The notes beneath the pieces are model-generated. The model did not search any database. It was not told the DNA's origin and saw nothing but the letters and a program-made list of their open reading frames with translations. A stretch of 64,000 nucleotides of DNA. Source: a bacterium. Lineage in GTDB: Bacteria; Zhuqueibacterota; Zhuqueibacteria; Residuimicrobiales; Krinioviventaceae. Position 1 is the stretch's first letter; each line of letters begins with the position of its first letter. The position numbers were made by a program, and so were the translations under genes. Below, piece after piece: positions 60,301-64,000 of this stretch. The stretch spans positions 288,001 through 352,000 of the forward strand of contig CAXXFV010000027.1 of NCBI GenBank assembly GCA_963674595.2, read 5' to 3'.

Positions 60301-60447
60301 AAAGGAATTAATATTTGTAACACAATCGTTCTGTTCTTCCGCGCATAATAATTGCGGCCGGGTTAACATAATTCCAGGTAAAAATAAAACGGTCAGCAAA
60401 TATATTTTGAATAAATTGCCTGTTTTCTTGGTTGTTTTTTTCAACAT
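57355..60447 (-). CDS. GH31 glycoside hydrolase with C-terminal Fn3-like domain
   Basis: FYGFGEKF, YKSIPFF, DPTNPEA..WW, nucleophile KIDFCE, acid/base WGGD, GHDLGGY, RYNLVPY, QYYLGDNLLIAP. Confidence 0.9.
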   Translation of the reverse strand: MLKKTTKKTGNLFKIYLLTVLFLPGIMLTRPQLLCAEEQNDCVTNINSFTVNDNCFQFTTISGLKPDTIGLSVSFVNPHVVKITASSGKVKSEQNGLSFDFIEKNDSFYLNTERLSLQIQKSPFDMRIFRVDDKSPLISCLGSQSVDKIPVFKTEFNMDIDEHFYGFGEKFNGLDQRGNKVVMELADAYMVSDGNTYKSIPFFLSSKGYGLLVNSARRIVFHMGDEHNDKYSIEYPGEVFEYYIFTDKDPLKNISQYTEITGKSPLIPQWSLEPWLSRRTVTGWDRVETAECEVDKMIADGFRLGVILWEGIASRIFPKEQSELMYKLSNKWHEMGIKQVFWSRVGHIREKQKRKEKIPDSYFIRKADSTLCEGGFNGCYYYFDPTNPEAMDYWWNTYYNHVVTGQNEKSVPGHWNLDGVKIDFCELFPKDDSNLLTYSKVDGMHNLHAVLFSEQIYNRLNELKPDGGITWVRGGGLGLQKVGFAWGGDRGRTFKQLLGTVRASLGVSICGVSLIGHDLGGYRGDDSEEAKKVYIRGVQYAAFSPSFHDHGSAPGPWEQDEIGQENYKFYSRLRYNLVPYLYHYVCVSHRTGIPMMRSLYLHHPNDENTFSVEDQYYLGDNLLIAPIVTFSDTRKIYLPQGQWIDFWTRKQYEGRQFIEYTAPLNQIPVFVNSSTILPLQLNDTMQVGGIFPQEKKDNLLLTFRLFDGPDSKFEFYGKTNVTVEKTHKNNQLLCNVNQIKENFGIIADDIKPESITINGQPLKSLNQNDFVSAQQGWLYDSHNQQTFIKIQSNPDVTDYKIVLNNTSKKAIKKQPIVLESPEILQARGWDQSVLFSLKSVKNATSYKIEYWQQGTKEQTKTISETNTLIKVPNLINGATYSFSVKAVNDGTTSPANTFAVTPQKRLACFKPEQETVMIHADHFLIKSEPNDSTVKYQYGIECPKETCYSVWIKARKNEPHHRYLRWYHIGNVNMEKGGNRLSLLLKKSTDVEMLFLTENPELRPEYNIKLESSFSEQKQIENLEEKLLYF

Positions 60448-60562
60448 ACTTGATCCTTAAATCTAATATTCCAAATAAACCGGTTTTTCAAATTCGACTT
60501 TTCTTTTTTTTAGGTGAGTCTGTTAATAGCTAAAAAATTTATCAATTATTATCTGAAAAGCA

Positions 60563-61906
60563 CTATTCCTTTGGTTTCACATTCCAGACTGTACACGCCA
60601 GAATAAGGGACAAAATGGATGCACCGATCCAAAAATAAAACACTTTATCAAAATTATAGGTTGTAACCTGATCGTGAACTATTTTACCCGAATCAATTAA
60701 AAATCCGCTAATCCAATCCTGAGAGGCGGCGCCCATATAACTAAATAATCCGATAACACCTTTAACAGCACCGGCGGCTTTTTTGGGCATTAGATCAACC
60801 GCAATTAAGCCTGCCAAAAATACAATCAAACCTCCAATGGCAAATTCAAACCCACCCAGAGCTAAAACATCAAGCCAGCGATGACCGGCGGGAACAATAT
60901 ATAACAAAATCAGTGACCCTGTTAATAACAATCCATAAATCAGGGTTGGAACGTTTCGTCGTGAACCGAAAAACCGATCAGAAATAAATCCTGAACTTGC
61001 GGCCCCAGCCAGACCGACAAGCGTATTGGCGCCGATTAAAACGCCGGATTCGACCAGGGAATAATTCTTAACTTCCTGCAAATAAAGCGGTCCCCAACTG
61101 TGAATGGCATACCGGCAAACATACATCAATGCACTGCTTAATCCCAAAACCCAAACCATGGGACTTTTTAAAACCATTAATTGTAATTGTCCGACAGGTT
61201 CTTTAATCGGTTTTCCGGCCGAATAATCCTTTTTATAGTCGGCCACGTGCGGTAAACCATAGGTTTGTGGTCTATCGGCAAGCGTAAAAAACAAAACAGA
61301 AGCGACAATGATACAGGCAATACCGGGACCAATAAATCCCATTCTCCATCCCAGTGTACTTATTAAAAAGGATGTACCAATAAACGTAAGACCCTCACCA
61401 ATATTATGTGCACCGGCCCATATTCCATAGCGTGTACCTCTCTCTTTATTACTGAACCACTGACAAATCGATACAACACATGGAGCCGAGCCGATTGATT
61501 GAAACCAGCCGTTTAATCCCCATAATAACGCAAATAATAAAAAATGGGTAACGGAACCAAATATCAGGTTGACAAGAGCCGAAAGCAATAAAGCAACGGA
61601 CATAAACTTTCTGATGTTTGCCCTGTCAGCTAAAAAACCATTTGTAAATTTACCCACTGCATAAACATATAACAAAACAGCCCCGATAATTCCCAATTGT
61701 TTGGGAGAAAGAATTCCTGCATCAATTATAGGCTTTTTAGCGATTGAAAAATTCAGGCGGCAGATATAAAAAAAGCCATAACCGAAAACCAGGGAAAGAT
61801 AGGCCGTCCATCGTTTTCGTTCGTATATTTTTTTTATTTTAGCTTCATCTTCAATCAGAGGCTTATCAGGACCTGTTTTAAAAAAATCAACTATATATTT
61901 AAACAT
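60563..61906 (-). CDS. Second MFS organophosphate transporter (GlpT/UhpC-like)
   Basis: GYGFFYICRLNF, NGWFQSIG, ERGTRYGIWAGAHNIG, DRPQTYGLP. Confidence 0.9.
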   Translation of the reverse strand: MFKYIVDFFKTGPDKPLIEDEAKIKKIYERKRWTAYLSLVFGYGFFYICRLNFSIAKKPIIDAGILSPKQLGIIGAVLLYVYAVGKFTNGFLADRANIRKFMSVALLLSALVNLIFGSVTHFLLFALLWGLNGWFQSIGSAPCVVSICQWFSNKERGTRYGIWAGAHNIGEGLTFIGTSFLISTLGWRMGFIGPGIACIIVASVLFFTLADRPQTYGLPHVADYKKDYSAGKPIKEPVGQLQLMVLKSPMVWVLGLSSALMYVCRYAIHSWGPLYLQEVKNYSLVESGVLIGANTLVGLAGAASSGFISDRFFGSRRNVPTLIYGLLLTGSLILLYIVPAGHRWLDVLALGGFEFAIGGLIVFLAGLIAVDLMPKKAAGAVKGVIGLFSYMGAASQDWISGFLIDSGKIVHDQVTTYNFDKVFYFWIGASILSLILACTVWNVKPKE

Positions 61907-61979
61907 TTGGGTTCCTTTTTCTATTGTAACAATGTTCTAAAATTTAATACAGAACAGTTAAATTATTCAGGATAAATTA

Positions 61980-63437
61980 TTACTCTAAAAATTTTAGCGA
62001 ATACAAGTCTGCATCTTTCATTGTAATTCGCAGACGAATGGTTTTACCGGCCAGACTGCTGACGTCTTCACTTTCGTTCCAGGAAACAATACGGGAAATT
62101 TCATTCCCAACAATCATTTGCGAATCTTCCCAACGGAAACCTGGAACAGGCTGACCGTGTTCATCCTGAAATTCCACACGAATTTCACCGGCAGCGGAGG
62201 TTGCATAGTTGAGTTCCAGTTTTTTTCCTGAAAAGGTAAAACATTTGGTCAACATCTCTCCGCCTTTATAAGGGGCCTTGAGAGAAGCAAAGCCATCAAG
62301 ACGTAATGTATACCGACGCATGTGGGCTGTGGGCTGAGCATAATTTTGGTTAACATAGATAGACATTTCATGTTCAGCCGTTTGTACTACATTCAATGCA
62401 GGATAATTAGAGCGTGATACCCAGTTCTCCAGTCCAATACCGGCACGAATAAAAGATTCCATAAAAGTTCGGTCATAAATACTGCCGCCCCGGGATGTCA
62501 TAAAAAAGGCATCGGAACAGTCTTTAAAATATTTATGATCAACTTTCAAGTCTTCTGCCTGTTGTTCCGTAAGTACCTGTTTATTCGGCATAAATCGTCC
62601 GCCTATGGCTACGTAAATTTGAGGAGCGCGAAAATAAGGATGGGTTTGCTGCGTATAAAGATGTTCTAAAGGTGTATTGCCAAAGGTCATTGGTACCGTA
62701 TCAGACCAGTTGACAAAATCCGGTGAAGTGGCCCTGCTGACCGTTCGAAACCCTTTAAACTTACCGCCGGACCAGGTACGGAAATAACAGACGTAACAAT
62801 TTTCAGTTTCAGACCAAAAAGAGACATTTTGAGAATCAAACTTGCCGTCGGTAATAACGGGCTCGTCCTGAACTCTTTTCCAGTGAATACCGTCAGCAGA
62901 AACATAGGCAATCAAACAACTTTTTTTATTACCTCCCAGTGCTTTAAAACGTTCTTTCGGTTTTGCATTGGGATTCGTATCCAGAAAGGGACTAAAGTTA
63001 TGAGTAACCGGTGCAGCCTCGGCCAAAACGATATTATTCTTTTTGGAACCGTTTACCTCAAACAGACCCAGTTCAGGCTTACGCCAATGAATACCGTCGT
63101 CCGATTCGGCATAACATGTTACTTCTGCGGCGGAATAATCCTTTCCGGATGAAGGAGATCCACGATAATAAAAACGATACAGGTCACCGTCCTTTATAAT
63201 CGTTGCATACCCGCACATTAAACCTTCCCAGGATTCGTTAAAAAAGAATACCGGTCCTTCGTCGCGTGGTTCGTGTAGTACAAGTTTCAAATTATCCAGC
63301 TTATCAATCAAATAATAATCGACAAACAATTCTCTTTTACTGTCGAGTTTCAGCAGGTTATCTTTGGCATTGGCGAAAGAAAAACCGACTGCCAGCAAAA
63401 ACAAAATCAGCCAAGTTGGTAGTTTTCGATGTTTCAT
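61980..63437 (-). CDS. Secreted five-bladed beta-propeller glycosidase-like protein (GH32/43/130 clan-like)
   Basis: Start reassigned to MKHRKLPTWLIL. RELFVD, YAESDDGIHWRKP, SADGIHW, FDSQN, SPDFVNW, RLDGFAS. Confidence 0.65.
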   Translation of the reverse strand: MKHRKLPTWLILFLLAVGFSFANAKDNLLKLDSKRELFVDYYLIDKLDNLKLVLHEPRDEGPVFFFNESWEGLMCGYATIIKDGDLYRFYYRGSPSSGKDYSAAEVTCYAESDDGIHWRKPELGLFEVNGSKKNNIVLAEAAPVTHNFSPFLDTNPNAKPKERFKALGGNKKSCLIAYVSADGIHWKRVQDEPVITDGKFDSQNVSFWSETENCYVCYFRTWSGGKFKGFRTVSRATSPDFVNWSDTVPMTFGNTPLEHLYTQQTHPYFRAPQIYVAIGGRFMPNKQVLTEQQAEDLKVDHKYFKDCSDAFFMTSRGGSIYDRTFMESFIRAGIGLENWVSRSNYPALNVVQTAEHEMSIYVNQNYAQPTAHMRRYTLRLDGFASLKAPYKGGEMLTKCFTFSGKKLELNYATSAAGEIRVEFQDEHGQPVPGFRWEDSQMIVGNEISRIVSWNESEDVSSLAGKTIRLRITMKDADLYSLKFLE

Positions 63438-63581
63438 GTCGACTCCTGAATATTTGTTTATATTATTTACTGCTTTTTTCATAACTCTTTAAAAAGATGG
63501 AAATATTTTTCATTTTTTTTATTATTAATAAATCTATAGTTACTCTTTTATACCAGGTATATTTCATTTTTGTCTTTATTA

Positions 63582-64000
63582 TCATTCGACCTTAACATCG
63601 ATGTTTACCCGTTTCGAAATATTTGTCAAGTTGATGGTCTGCGTTTGAATATTTAATTCTATTCCATCCTCTGTTACAAGAGAAACCATTTTTTTATCTT
63701 TTGGCAGTCTGACATGTAAAACCACTTTTGGAGCCATACAGTTGGAAAGGTCAACATATCCGGTTACCTGATTTATGCTTTTATTATATTGTAATTCATA
63801 AGAAACCGAGCCAAAGTGTGTGGGCATATCAAGTGCAATGATTTTCTCATCATTTTCCAGCCATTGACGGGCCGTGCCCCGGGCCAAATGCAGTGTATTG
63901 CCGTCTTCCATGACCAGGGCATCACGAATAAACCGACCGACAGCCAGCGGCGTCCACAGGTGCTGTAGATCGCCTGTACATGTTGTAGAGCCAGGTTCCT
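63582..64000 (-). CDS. C-terminal part of a probable six-hairpin glycosidase-like protein; runs off the right edge
   Basis: Frame is open to the window edge (EPGSTTCTGDLQHLWTPLAVGRFIRDALVMEDGNTLHLARG..RQWL...MPTHFGSVSY). Confidence 0.6.
   Translation of the reverse strand, partial: EPGSTTCTGDLQHLWTPLAVGRFIRDALVMEDGNTLHLARGTARQWLENDEKIIALDMPTHFGSVSYELQYNKSINQVTGYVDLSNCMAPKVVLHVRLPKDKKMVSLVTEDGIELNIQTQTINLTNISKRVNIDVKVE

Noticed and set aside
133-63484. Numerous 60-140 aa ORFs in the track that overlap long genes on the opposite strand or in another frame (e.g. 133..321, 1175..1492, 27557..27958, 38795..39214, 52791..53153)
   Set aside because: They are shadows of well-supported genes, with no motifs or convincing RBS.

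Overview
AT-rich bacterial window with no rRNA, tRNA, CRISPR array, transposase or integrase that I could recognise. The gene content (FlgD/T9SS-like C-terminal secreted protein, FISUMP lipoproteins, many uncharacterised CAZyme-like genes, URO-D-like protein) suggests an FCB-related lineage such as KSB1 or Calditrichota; that is inference only. Layout: 0-6 kb has a DUF362 Tat protein, an output-less REC-PAS-GAF-GAF protein, a Gfo/Idh/MocA oxidoreductase and a long KamA-family radical SAM gene. 6.2-13.3 kb is a compact operon: secreted protein, stand-alone FecR, Ig-Ig-beta-barrel outer-membrane protein, CHASE2 adenylate cyclase and an uncalled 59-aa ORF. It is preceded by a CRP-like box in class II promoter geometry and is the best candidate for an undescribed trans-envelope cAMP signalling system. 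13.3-17.3 kb is a putative inositol-phosphate uptake operon. 18-30.5 kb holds two convergent TetR-RND efflux operons, each with a candidate operator. 30.7-44 kb is an accessory stretch: orphan kinase, PKD-FISUMP lipoproteins, QueG-like protein, GH3, GH16, stand-alone Sir2-like gene, FG-GAP repeat protein. 44.4-64 kb is a large minus-strand glycan/phosphoglycan utilisation locus. At least eight single-base frameshifts cluster in 27.9-37.5 kb and are probably consensus errors. All family calls come from motif recognition by eye, not database searches.
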